Shown here one piece after another: positions 1 to 12,700 of a DNA stretch of 64,000 nucleotides. Within the stretch, counting starts at the first letter, position 1. Every line of letters begins with the position of its first letter. The stretch comes from Trichoplax adhaerens (taxonomy: Eukaryota > Animalia > Placozoa). A program made the translations under genes and the position numbers. Below the pieces are notes generated by a model. That model made no database searches. It was not told the origin of the DNA and saw only the letters and a program-made list of their open reading frames with translations. The stretch lies in the NCBI RefSeq assembly GCF_000150275.1, contig NW_002060948.1, forward strand, positions 186,001-250,000, written 5' to 3'.

Positions 1-39
1 TACACTTTCATTAATAGCAATATGCCATTATGATAGGCA

Positions 40-545
40 AATGTTACTAGGAAAAGTTAATTTCGGAACAATGATCTAGATTATCTTATTTTTCATAGTG
101 GTAAATTCCTATGCTTCCATTTAAGAGTTACAGAAGGATTACATATTAACATATATAGTATATATATCGTTCATATATTTGCAAATTTCACTAGCTATAT
201 TTAGAACAATGATCTAGGCTATAGTAATTCCATAGTAGTAAATTTTTACGCTTCCACTTTAAGAGTAACAGAAGGATTACTTGTTAACATACACATTGTA
301 CAAGTAAGCATGCATGCAAACTACACTAGCTATATCTAAGGTAATGATCTAGGCTATATTATTTCACATAATAAACTCTTACACATACATATAAAGAATT
401 ACGAAACGGTTACATGTTGGAATTTAAATAATTATACGCGAACTTCACTAGCTATATTTTGGGCTATGATCTAGGCTATGCTGTTTTACATAGTAAATTC
501 TTACACATCCATGTTAAGAGTTTCAGAACAATTTCATATAAATAG
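40..545. repeat. Degenerate intronic tandem repeat, about 4 copies of a ~120-140 bp unit
   Basis: The core ATGATCTAG(A/G)(T/C)TAT...TAAA(T/C)T...TAAGA(G/A)T..C.GAA recurs near 71, 209, 345 and 466. Confidence 0.75.
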
Positions 546-783
546 TATACACTGTTTACCGTACTCATCTAATTTTACCTTGCAATTATAATTACTTATT
601 CTTACAATACTGTGTATATCAGTTACTACAGATATGAACGTTACTATTATCAAGGAGCTAATATTTAAAATCCCCTATTTAAAATATATATATGCGATTA
701 TTGTGAGATATTCTTGGCATTTATGATTATAAAATTTTATTACATTAATTCTATGTTAATGCTTTCGCTCTTATAATCACAAG

Positions 784-3700
784 GTTGTTGGAGTGTTGTG
801 AGTTATTCTTTCGTTAATGAACTTCAAGTCTTCCCTTTTTCCATCAATTCTACTACTGGTAGTATTACTACTACCATGCCATTATCAAGTATATCCAACA
901 CATTCTATCAAGTCAATGCTACCGCTCAAGATTGTACAAATTTAACAGATATTGCCTTAGTGAACATTTCTATTGTCAATACCAATGATTATCCACCTGT
1001 TTTTAATTCCAGTCTCTATCGGCAACTCGTTACAAATACTCTTCCCATAGGATCATCTGTTATACAAGTCATGGCTACAGATAAAGACTTAAATCAGTTT
1101 GGAAAAGTATCTTATTCTATCTTGAATCAGACTAATTTATTTGCTATTCACTCAGCCACTGGTATAATATCCACGGCATCGAGCTTACGATTGATCGTTG
1201 AAAATATCACTCTTACTATTTTAGCACAAGATGGTGGAAGTCCACCCTTCAATACAACTGCTTTAGTCGATCTGGATATATATAATCCATGTCAAGATGT
1301 TTCTTTGTGGATTTTGCCGCCTTATAATACAACATTAGATCCATCTGTTAGTTCTGTTGGTTCGTTAGTAATAGCCATTAACGGCTCTGTTCAAGATCCA
1401 AGACAAAATCAGGCGGTAGACGAGATTATTATGTTCTATCAGATAATGGCTGGTAATAATGATGGTCTTTTTGAGATCAACGGGCAAACCGGTATCGTTC
1501 GATTGGCTAAAGATTTACAGCAATCTGATTTTGGTAAAACTAGAACTTTAACTATCTCGCTTTCCAATAATGGCAGTTGTTCTGTACCTATTACTACGAG
1601 CGATGTTAGTATTAATATTAATTATGAGATTACTACGTCCAAAAACTTTGCTTCATCAGTTCAGCTAGCATTTTCATCGCCTGAAACATCAATCTTGGAC
1701 TCCACAGTTAGCAGTGTGAAACATTCTTCCTTCAACATTCTATCCCCAGAATTATCCCTTCAATTTACTCCCACTTCCATTTCATTCGATATTGCTCTTG
1801 CATCATCGACTACACTTCAAGAATTACTTTCTTCAACACCAATTTTTTACTCCTCAGGCAATAGCATGATATATTCTTCCGATGATAGCTTATTATCAGA
1901 AACATCTTTTCAAGTTAGTTCTACATCGATAGCATCTTCCACACTCGAAATAGAAGCAATACCTTCAAGTCAAAAAATATCTTCGCTGCCATTAGCAAGC
2001 AATGCTTTAGAATCGAACTTACTTTCATCAGATCAAGACCTGGTCAGTTCTTTTAGCAAAGCAATATCATCATCATTTATTGCCAATATAGTATCATCTG
2101 TTAGCTCAAACGAATTGAACGATGTGTCTTTATCGGTTGAGATATCTTCAAAAAATCTAGAAGCTGATGAAAGTGGAACATTTGCCCCTGCTTCGGTGAT
2201 AGACGATAGCAGTCTATCTTTACAAGAACTTTCATCATCATTGCCAACACTTGGTTCAAGTTCATTAAGGCTATCATTGGAGATCTCTACGCTCCAGTCA
2301 GAAATCAAATATTCTATTTCAAGTTCGCTCTTACAGCTTGTGAGCGTAACGGTTTATAATTCATTGCAACCTGACATCCCACAAAGTGAATCTATTAATA
2401 TGAATAGCTCTACTGATGAACTTAATCTTTCCATGCTAAAGACTTCAGAATACCATCCATTGAGTGATGTGCAATCAGATTTATTTGCTAGTGAGATTAC
2501 TCACTCAGTCAAGCCTGAAAATGTCTATAATATAAGCAAAAGCAGTCAAATATTTCAAGAATCTACTCAATTACTTGATATATCAGCTTCGGCAGTGGTG
2601 GGAGAAGATACTAGTGGTATAAGTGATTTAAAGCTATCCAGGATTATATCGTCATCGCTAGACTTTTCGACCTTCAAGCCAGAAAATAAATCCTCTTTTG
2701 CAGATCAAGTTATACAGCCAGTGAGTACAAGTGCTTATAATTTATTACAATCTGAATATTTGCAAAGTGGACCTAACATCGTCAGCTCAAGTAATGAGCT
2801 CGATCTATCTATAATACAATATTCGGAAAGCTTTCAATTAAATTCTCGCTCGCAATCTGATCTATTTGTTAGCGATAATACGTCTTCAGTAGTGACTAGC
2901 TATTTTTATAGTATAAGTAATATTAGTACAACAGTTGAAGAATCTAGTCAACAACTTGATGTGTCAGCGTCGACTGCGGTGGGAGAAAGTATTGGTAGTA
3001 CAAGCGATTTAGATATATCTAGTAAAATATCGTCGTCGTCAGTCTTCTCGGTCTTTACATCTCAAATCGAATCTTCTACAGATCAAATTATACAGCCAGT
3101 AAATAAAACTGTTTATAATCCTACACAATCTAGTATTACAAGCTCAATCGGCGAGCTCGATCAATCTGTACTAAATTCAGAATATATACTGTTAAGCGAT
3201 ATTCTATCTTATCCATTGACTAGTAATATTGCTATCGATATCACATCTTCAATAGCGATTGATAATCTCTCTAGTATAAGCAATAGTAGCCAACTAGTTG
3301 AAGAATCTAGTCAACAACTTGATGTATCAGCGTCGACTGCGGTGGGAGAAAGTATTGGTAGTACAAGCGATTTAGATATATCTAGTAAAATATCGTCGTC
3401 GCCGGTCTTCTCTGTCTTTACATCTCAAATCGAATCTTCTACAGATCAAATTATACAGCCAGTAAATACAACTGATTATAATCCTACACAATCTAGTATT
3501 ACAAGCTTAATCGGCGAACTTGATCAATCTGTAGTTAAAGAATCTAGTCAACAACTTGATGTATTAGCGTCGACTGCGGTGGGAGAAAGTATTGGTAGTA
3601 CAAGCGATTTAGATATATCTAATAAAATATCGTCGTCATCAGTCTTCTCGGTCTTTACATCTCAAATCGAATCTTCTACAGATCAAATTATACAGCCAGT

Positions 3701-6700
3701 AAATACAACTGATTATAATCCTACACAATCTAGTATTACAAGCTCAATCGGCGAGCTCGATCAATCTGTACTAAATTCAGAATATATACCGTTAAGCGAT
3801 ATTCTATCTTATCCATTGACTAGTAATATTGCTATCGATATCACATCTTCAATAGCGATTGATAATCTCTCTAGTATAAGCAATAGTAGCCAACTAGTTG
3901 AAGAATCTAGTCAACAACTTGATGTGTCAGCGTCGACTGCGATGGGAGAAAGTATTGGTAGTACAAGCGATTTAGATATATCTAGTAAAATATCGTCGTC
4001 ATCGTCGGTCTTCTCGACATTTATTACTGAAATTGAATCTTCTATAGATCAAATTATACAGCCAGTAAATACAACTGATTATAATCCTACACAATCTAGT
4101 ATTACAAGCTTAATCGGCGAACTCGATCAATCTGTACTAAATTCAGAATATATACTGTTAAGCGATATTCTATCTTATCCATTGACTAGTAATATTGCTA
4201 TCGATATCACATCTTCAATAGCGATTGATAATCTCTCTAGTATAAGCAATAGTAGCCAACTAGTTGAAGAATCTAGTCAACAACTTGATGTATCAGCGTC
4301 GACTGCGATGGGAGAAAGTATTGGTAGTACAAGCGATTTAGATATATCTATTAAAATATCGTCGTCGTCGGTCTTCTCTGTCTTTACATCTCAAATCGAA
4401 TCTTCTACAGATCAAGTTATACCATCAATGAGTACACATACTAATAATTTATTACAATCTAATAGTTTTCAAGGAGGATCCAACATCATTAGCTTAACTG
4501 ATGATTTATCTATACAAAATTCAGGAAATTTTCTGTTTGATTCACTTACTATCGACAGAACGTATTCAATATTGATCGATAATTCCTACGATATCAGTAA
4601 TAGTAGTCAAATACTTAAAGAATCGAGTCATTCACTTGATATATCAGCTTCAACAGTGGTAATTGAAAGTATTGGTGGCACAAGTGATTTAGATGTCGCT
4701 ATTAACAATTCATCACCGTCAGAAATCTCGACTTTCAAGCCCCAAATCCATTCTTCTGCGATAGATCAAGTTATATTGCCAGTGAGTACAACTATTTATA
4801 GTTTATTGCAATCTAACAGTTTACAAGGTGGATCCAATATCGTTAGCTCACATTACGAGCTCAATCCATCCATGCTCGTAAGTTTAGAAAATGTTCCATT
4901 AAGTGATACTCAATCTGATTTACTTGTTAGTGATATCACATTTCCATTAGTAACTAACAATTCCTACAGTACAAGTAGAATTAATAGTAGTCAAGTATTT
5001 CAAGAATCTAGCCAAATATTTGACAGATCGACTTCGACAGTAGTAGGAGAAAAAAATAATGGTAGTTCAAGTGATTTAAATGTGGCTGTTTATAATTCAT
5101 CATCGTTAGACATCTCAACATTCAAGCCACAAATCAAATCATCTACTGCCTATCAAATCACTCTACCAGTAGCCACTACAACAACGATCATAACTAATTA
5201 TAATTCATTACAATCTGACAGATCGCAACATGAGTCTAGCATCGTTAGCATAACTCAAGACCTTCATCCATCGACATTACCTAACTACTCTCAACTAAGC
5301 GATACTCAAACTAATTTGTATTATAACTCATTACAATCTGACAGACCGCAAACTGAATTTAACGTCGTTAACATTACTGAAGACATCCATTCATCGACAC
5401 TACCTAACAACTTTCAACTAAGCGATACTCAAACTAATTTGTATTACAATTCATTACAATCTGATAGATCACAAAGTGAATCGAACATCGTTAGCATAAC
5501 TGAAGACCTTCATTCATCAACATTGCCTAGTTTAAATTACTTTCAAGTAAGCAATACTCAAACTGATTTGTATTATAATTCATTACAAACTGAGAAATCA
5601 CAAAGTGAATCTAACACCATTAGCACTGCTGCAGACCACTATCCATCAATGTTACCTAATTCAGACTACTTTCAACTAGTTGATACTCAAACTGATTCGT
5701 ATGTTAGTAACATGGAGTATTCATTTAAGACTAGCCATTTATACAGTATAAGTAAGAGCAATCAAATACTTCAAGAATCTAGTCAATCATTTGGCAGTTC
5801 GATGACGATAGTACTGGGAGAAAGTATTGGTAGAACAAGTGATTTAAGTAGGGCCATCTACAAATCATCATCGCCGGAGGTCTCGACTTTCAAGCAACAA
5901 ATCAAATCTTCTACTATGGATCAGTTTATTTCACTAGTGACCATAACACAAACGGTTAAAGCTACTTACAAAACACTACAGTCTGATATTTTACAAAGTA
6001 CATTTGATATTATTAGCTCCACTGATGAGCTAAATCCATCAATATCGCCAAGTTCAGGCAACTATCAATTACTCGTAAGTGATGCTCAATCTAATTTATT
6101 TTCCATTGATATCCAGCATTCCTTAGTGACTAATAGCTTCTATAGTAAAAGTGATAGTATTCAAACATTTAGAGAATCTAGGCCATCATTTAACGTATCG
6201 ACTTCATCAGTGATGGAAGTAAGCACTGGTACTACAAGTGATTCTGATTTAGCTACTAGCAATTCATTATCGTCAGAGATCTCGACTTCAAAGCCACAAA
6301 TCAAATCTTCTACTACAGATCAAATCATCCTGCCAGCGACCACAACTACTTATAGTGTTATGCAGTTGAATAGTTTACAAGGTGGATCTAACATTATTAG
6401 CTCAGCTGATGAACTTTACGCATCTATATTGCTAAATTCAGACAACTTCCAAGTTAGCGATATTCAATCTGATTTGCAAGTTGGTCGTATCACACACTCA
6501 CTATTAACTAGCTATTTCCATAGTACAAACAAGAATAATCAAATAGTTCAAGAATCTAGTCAATCATTTAACATATCAGCTTCATCAGTGATGGAAGAAA
6601 GTATTGGTAGTACAAGCGATTTAGATATAGCTACTAATAAATCATCATCGTCAGACATCTCGACTTCCAAGCCACAGATCAAATCTTCTTCTACAGATCA

Positions 6701-9700
6701 AATCATCCTGCCTGCGACAACAACTACGTATAATGTTATGCAATCTAATAGTCTACGAGATGAATTTAACATTATTAGCTCAGCTGATGAGTTCAACCAA
6801 TCTATATTGCAAAATTCGGAAAACTTTCAATTAAGCGATATTCAATCTAATTTACAAGTTAGTAGCATCACACACTCACTATTGACTAGCCATTTTTATA
6901 GTACAAACAAGGATAATCAAATAGTTCAAGAATCTCGTCAATCTTTGAGCATAACAGCTTCATCAGTGATGGGAGAAAATGTCGGTAGTACAAGTGGTTT
7001 AGCCATTAACAACTCATCATCGTCAGGGATCTCGACTTTCAAGTCATACTTAAAATCTTCTAATATAGATCAAGATACTCCGCCAGCAACCATGACTACT
7101 TATAATTCATTACAATCTGACATCGTTAACTCAACTGATAACCTTGATCTGTCGAGATTAGCTGATTCAAGTAACTTTCATTTAAGCGATACTCTATCTA
7201 GGTTGTATGTCAGTAGCATAGCACAATCATCTGTGATCAGAAATTCCGATAGGATAGGTAATAGTGATCAAATATTTAGAGAGTCTATTCAATCATTCGA
7301 CTTCTTGACTACGTCAGTGGTGATAGAGAATATTGGTTGGACAAGTAATTTAGGTGTAGTCATGAATAACTCATCGCCAAAAGTATCAACTTTCAAGCAA
7401 ACATTCAAATCCTTTACTACAGATCAAGTCCTTCCACCAGCAATCACCACAATTTATAATTCATGGCAATCTGATATCATTAAGTCAACTGACAGTCTTG
7501 GTTCATTGATACTGACTAATTCAAATAACTTTCAATTGAGCGATACTCAATCTAGTTTGTACCTTAGTAACATGGTGCAATCAGTGACTAGCGATTTCCA
7601 TAGCATAAGGAATAGTATCCACATATTTACAGAATCTGGTCAATCATTTGGCATATCGGCTTCATCAGTGATGGGAGAAAGTATTGGTAGCTCAACTGAT
7701 TTAGATATAGCTGTTAATAATTCATCACCGTCAGGGATCTCGACTTTCAAACAACACATGAAATCTTCGATAGATCAAGTCATTCCATCGACGGTCACGG
7801 CTGCTTATAACTTATTGCAATCTAACATCGTAAATTCAATAATTGACAATCTTGATCCATTATTTAATTCAAACAATTTTCAATTAAGCAGTACTCAATC
7901 TAGCTTTTATGTTAATAACATGGTGCAATCATCCGTGACTAGCAATTTTTACAGTATAAGTAATAATGATCTAATTTCTAGTGAATCTATTTATTCACTG
8001 GACATATCGACTTCACCAGTGATGAGAAAAAGTATTGTTAGAACAAGTAATTTAGATATCACCAATTACAATTCATCATCGCCAGAAATCTCGACTTTTA
8101 AGCCACATATAAAATCTTCTACAGATCAAGTCATTCCACTTGCAACCACAACTATTTACAATGCTAGGCAAACTAATAGTTTACAAGGTGGACTCAACAT
8201 CATTAGTTCAGTTGATGAGTCTAATCCATCCATTCTATCAAATTCAAAACACTTTCAATCAAGCTATACTCAATCTGATTTGTATATTAGTAATGTCGTG
8301 CATTCGCCAGTAACTAATAATTTATACAGTATCAATAGCAGTAAATCAATATTTAGAGAATCCATTCTGTCATTTGACATATCGACTTCATCAGTGATGA
8401 GAGAAAATATCGGTAGTACAAGCGATTTAACCATTAACAACTCGTCATCGTCTGAAATCTCTACTTCCAAGGTACTCATAAAATCTTCTGCTACAGATCA
8501 AATCATCTCGACAGCGACAACAACTACTTATAACGTAGCACAATCTGATAATTTACAAAATGGATCTAACATTGTTAGCTCAATTTATGAGCTCAATCCA
8601 TCTATTTCACCAAATTCAGACAATATTCAATTAAGCGATACTCTATCTTATTTACAGGTTAGTAGTATCACATACTCGCTAACAACTAGCAATTTCTATA
8701 GTGCAAGTAAAAACAATCCAATAGTTCAAGAATCTAGTAAATCATTTGTGATAATGACTTCATCAGTGATATGAGAGAATATCGGTAGTACAAGCGATTT
8801 AGCTATTAACAACCCGTCATCGTCTGAAATCTTTACTTCCAAGGTACACATAAAATCTTCTACTATAGATCAAACCATCTCATCATCAATCAAAACTACG
8901 TATAACACAGTGCTATCTGACAATTCACAAGGTGAATTTAGTATTATTAGTTCAATTTATGAGTTGAATCCATCTATATTACTACATTCAGACAATATTC
9001 AATTAAGCGATGCTCAATCTAATTTGTAAATTAGTACTGTTACGTATTCGTTAGCGACTAGCAATTTCTTTAGTACAAACAAGAATAATTCAGCAGTTCA
9101 AGAGTCTGATTAATCATTTGATATTCGGTTCATCATTGATCGGAGAAAATATCGGTATTACAAGCAATTTAACCACTAAAAACTCATCATTAAGGATTTC
9201 AACTTTCAAGACATAAATTAAATCTTCTAGAACAGATCAAATTTTCCCTTCAGCGATTATAATTGCTTATAATACAATAAAATCCGATAATTTACAAAGT
9301 AGATCTAGCTTCAGTAGTTTATCTGTTAAGCTCAATCCATCTATATTGCCAAATTCAGACAGCTTTCAATTAAGCGATTCTCAATCTGACTCACAAGATA
9401 GTGATATTGTGCACACATTAACGACTAGCGATTTCTATAGTATAAGCAGAATCAAATAATTCAAGAATCTAGTTAATAATTTGACATATTGACTTCATCA
9501 GTGATAGGAGAAAATACTGGTAGTACAAACGATTTAGCCATTAATATCTCATCACCGTTAGAGATCTCGACTATTAAGCTACATATAAAATCTTCTACTA
9601 CAGATCAATCAATTCATCTCGCCAGCAACTACAAACACTTATAGCATAGTACAATCTGACAATTTACAAAATGGACCCAATATCATTAGGTCGACCGCCA

Positions 9701-12700
9701 AGCTCAACCCATCTACTTGTATTAGAGAACCAAATCTATTTCTTTCATCTAGCATTGAATTCTTTACAACTTGACTTGTTAGCAAGTTTGACGGATAAAT
9801 ATGCTATTGCAATACTCTCTAGCCAATTACTGTCAGTTTCTACTTCTGTAATCCTTCGCGAATTTATCGACGGTATGACTACTTATGACATCACTCTTAG
9901 CGATAGAATTGTAGCATCAGCAGTTTATCACTCAAATATATTTATAGCACAACATTCACTATAGAAAATCAAAATTTTAATCCCAGATCTTCCTTTAGCT
10001 TGCAATACAAGCTATTTCTGTTCGGGCTGTTTCGGTTTCCTATACTTCAGTAATAGCTAGCGATATTTTAGTATCAGACAAACAGTATTTATCGATAGGA
10101 TCATCGCATTTAACTACGTCTAGCGGCATAGCTAAGTCATTATCATTTATAAATCAATCTAGTCTTCAATTAACTATGATTTAAGATAAAAATTCTATCT
10201 AAAACACTAATTCTTCAACTCTATTTCAGTCTATTCCATCCGGGGTGACTTCATCCATCGATATTGCCGCGACTCAAGCGGATACAACAGCACCCTATAT
10301 ATCTTCGCTGGATGCAAGTACAAATAGCAACATGGGGCAAAAATCAACTGGCTATTCGATGATATCTCCTCAATTAGAATCCTCTACAGATTTATACACA
10401 CATATAGGGGAAACAAGCGATCAGCTTTCTACAACATACTTCATCCCTACGGAAGGAATAGGATATAGCTTAAGCGATGGATTTACATTTGTAACCGTAG
10501 CTAGTAGCCAAAATCGTAACCCAATTAGCATATCGAATACTAATAGTGAGCAAAATTCAATCGAATATCCAACGATATCTCTTCTATCACAATCATCTGC
10601 GAATTTACAAACATTTACTGGAAAGATAAGCAATCAGCTTTCTACAACATACTCCAGCTCTGCAGAAGGATTAGGATATAGCTTAAGCGATGGATTTACA
10701 TTTGTAACCGTAGCTAGTAGCCAAAATCGTAACCCAATTAGCATATCGAATACTAATAGTGAGCAAAATTCAATCGAATATCCAACGATATCTCTTCTAT
10801 CACAATCATCTGCGAATTTACAAACATTTACTGGAAAGACAAGCAATCAGCTTTCTACAACATACTCCAGCTCTGCAGAAGGATTAGGATATAGCTTAAG
10901 CGATGGATTTACATTTGTAACCGTGGCTAGTAGCCAAAATCGTAACCCAATTAGCAAATCGAATACTAATAGTGAGCAAAATTCAATCGAATATCCAACG
11001 ATATCTCTTCTATCACAATCATCTGCGAATTTACAAACATTTACTGGAAAGACAAGCAATCAGCTTTCTACAACATACTCCAGCTCTGCAGAAGGATTAG
11101 GATATAGCTTAAGCGATGGATTTACATTTGTAACCGTAGCTAGTAGCCAAAATCGTAACCCAATTAGCATATCGAATACTAATAGTGAGCAAAATTCAAT
11201 CGAATATCCAACTATATCTCTTCTATCACAATCATCTGCGAATTTACAAACATTTACTGGAAAGACAAGCAATCAGCTTTCTACAACATACTCCAGCTCT
11301 GCAGAAGGATTAGGATATAGCTTAAGCGATGGATTTACATTTGTAACCGTAGCTAGTAGCCAAAATCGTAACCCAATTAGCATATCGAATACTAATAGTG
11401 AGCAAAATTCAATCGAATATCCAACGATATCTCTTCTATCACAATCATCTGCGAATTTACAAACATTTACTGGAAAGACAAGCAATCAGCTTTCTACAAC
11501 ATACTCCAGCTCTGCAGAAGGATTAGGATATAGCTTAAGCGATGGATTTACATTTGTAACCGTAGCTAGTAGCCAAAATCGTAACCCAATTAGCATATCG
11601 AATACTAATAGTGAGCAAAATTCAATCGAATATCCAACTATATCTCTTCTATCACAATCATCTGCGAATTTACAAACATTTACTGGAAAGACAAGCAATC
11701 AGCTTTCTACAACATACTCCAGCTCTGCAGAAGGATTAGGATATAGCTCAAGCGAGGAAACTGTATTCCTAACAGTAACCAGTAGCCAAAACCGTTATTC
11801 AACTAGCGCGTTATTCAGTATAATGGATTCGCATTCAGTAAACTCATTTTTGATACCTGAGCAAACTGGCTCAACAGCAATACAGGAGATATTAACATCT
11901 ACAAAGAATGCACTACTAAATCCAACCGATAGCGGCAGCATCTATACTTCTATACTAAGTGTAAAATCAATTCCAACGTTATCTTCTACCTCAAGTCCCT
12001 CTATATCTGTTCATACTTTAAATGATCAATTCACAATTGATTATGCTAGCTCGATTGAGGCTACTTCTGCTACTCCCAACTACTTTCATGATTCATCATC
12101 AGCCTTTAACAATAGCCAAACGACTATTTATCCGACAAATTCAACATTAGTCACACCATCTGTTATTAATACTACTTCAATAGCAATCACGATTGAATTA
12201 CCAGCTACCTTTAACGCTAATAATATTCAGCTTATAGTCATCCTATGCTCAGGTACTTCCAATAATCCATCGCAAAATCAACCATGTCAAGGCACGAATA
12301 TTTCGACGACTGTGCAATTTCAAATCTTACCTAATCAAGTTATACAAATTAATAATTTAAATCCAAACACGGTTTACAGCATTCAAGTACGCTCTGGCCA
12401 ACATGTCACAGCATGGCTAGTTCGTAGAACATTAGGCTCTGGTAAGTTTAAATATAGGATGATAATTTTATAAGTATCAATTTCGCTCAATATACGCAAT
12501 ATACACTAAACAATGTCCTGTGTTTTGTGACATAATCTAGCCCCAGCTGGAATTTCATTACCCACTTGGCGAGCTGATTTCAGCAGTCAATGTATCCAAT
12601 TTAACTGGACTCAGCCGCGTGAATCTGGGGACGATACGGTTTCTTATAGATTGAATATTAATGGTCTAGAAACCTCACTTTTGACTCAAAAATATTATCA

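Noticed and set aside
9671-9964. 97-aa ORF
   Set aside because: Out-of-frame reading of decayed stalk sequence within the inferred intron.
10421-11698. Six tandem 70-aa minus-strand ORFs that look like a peptide gene array
   Set aside because: They are the antisense shadow of the 213-bp coding repeat on the + strand and begin at non-ATG codons.
10421-11760. CRISPR-like array
   Set aside because: Units are contiguous with no unique spacers, they are coding, and the context is eukaryotic.
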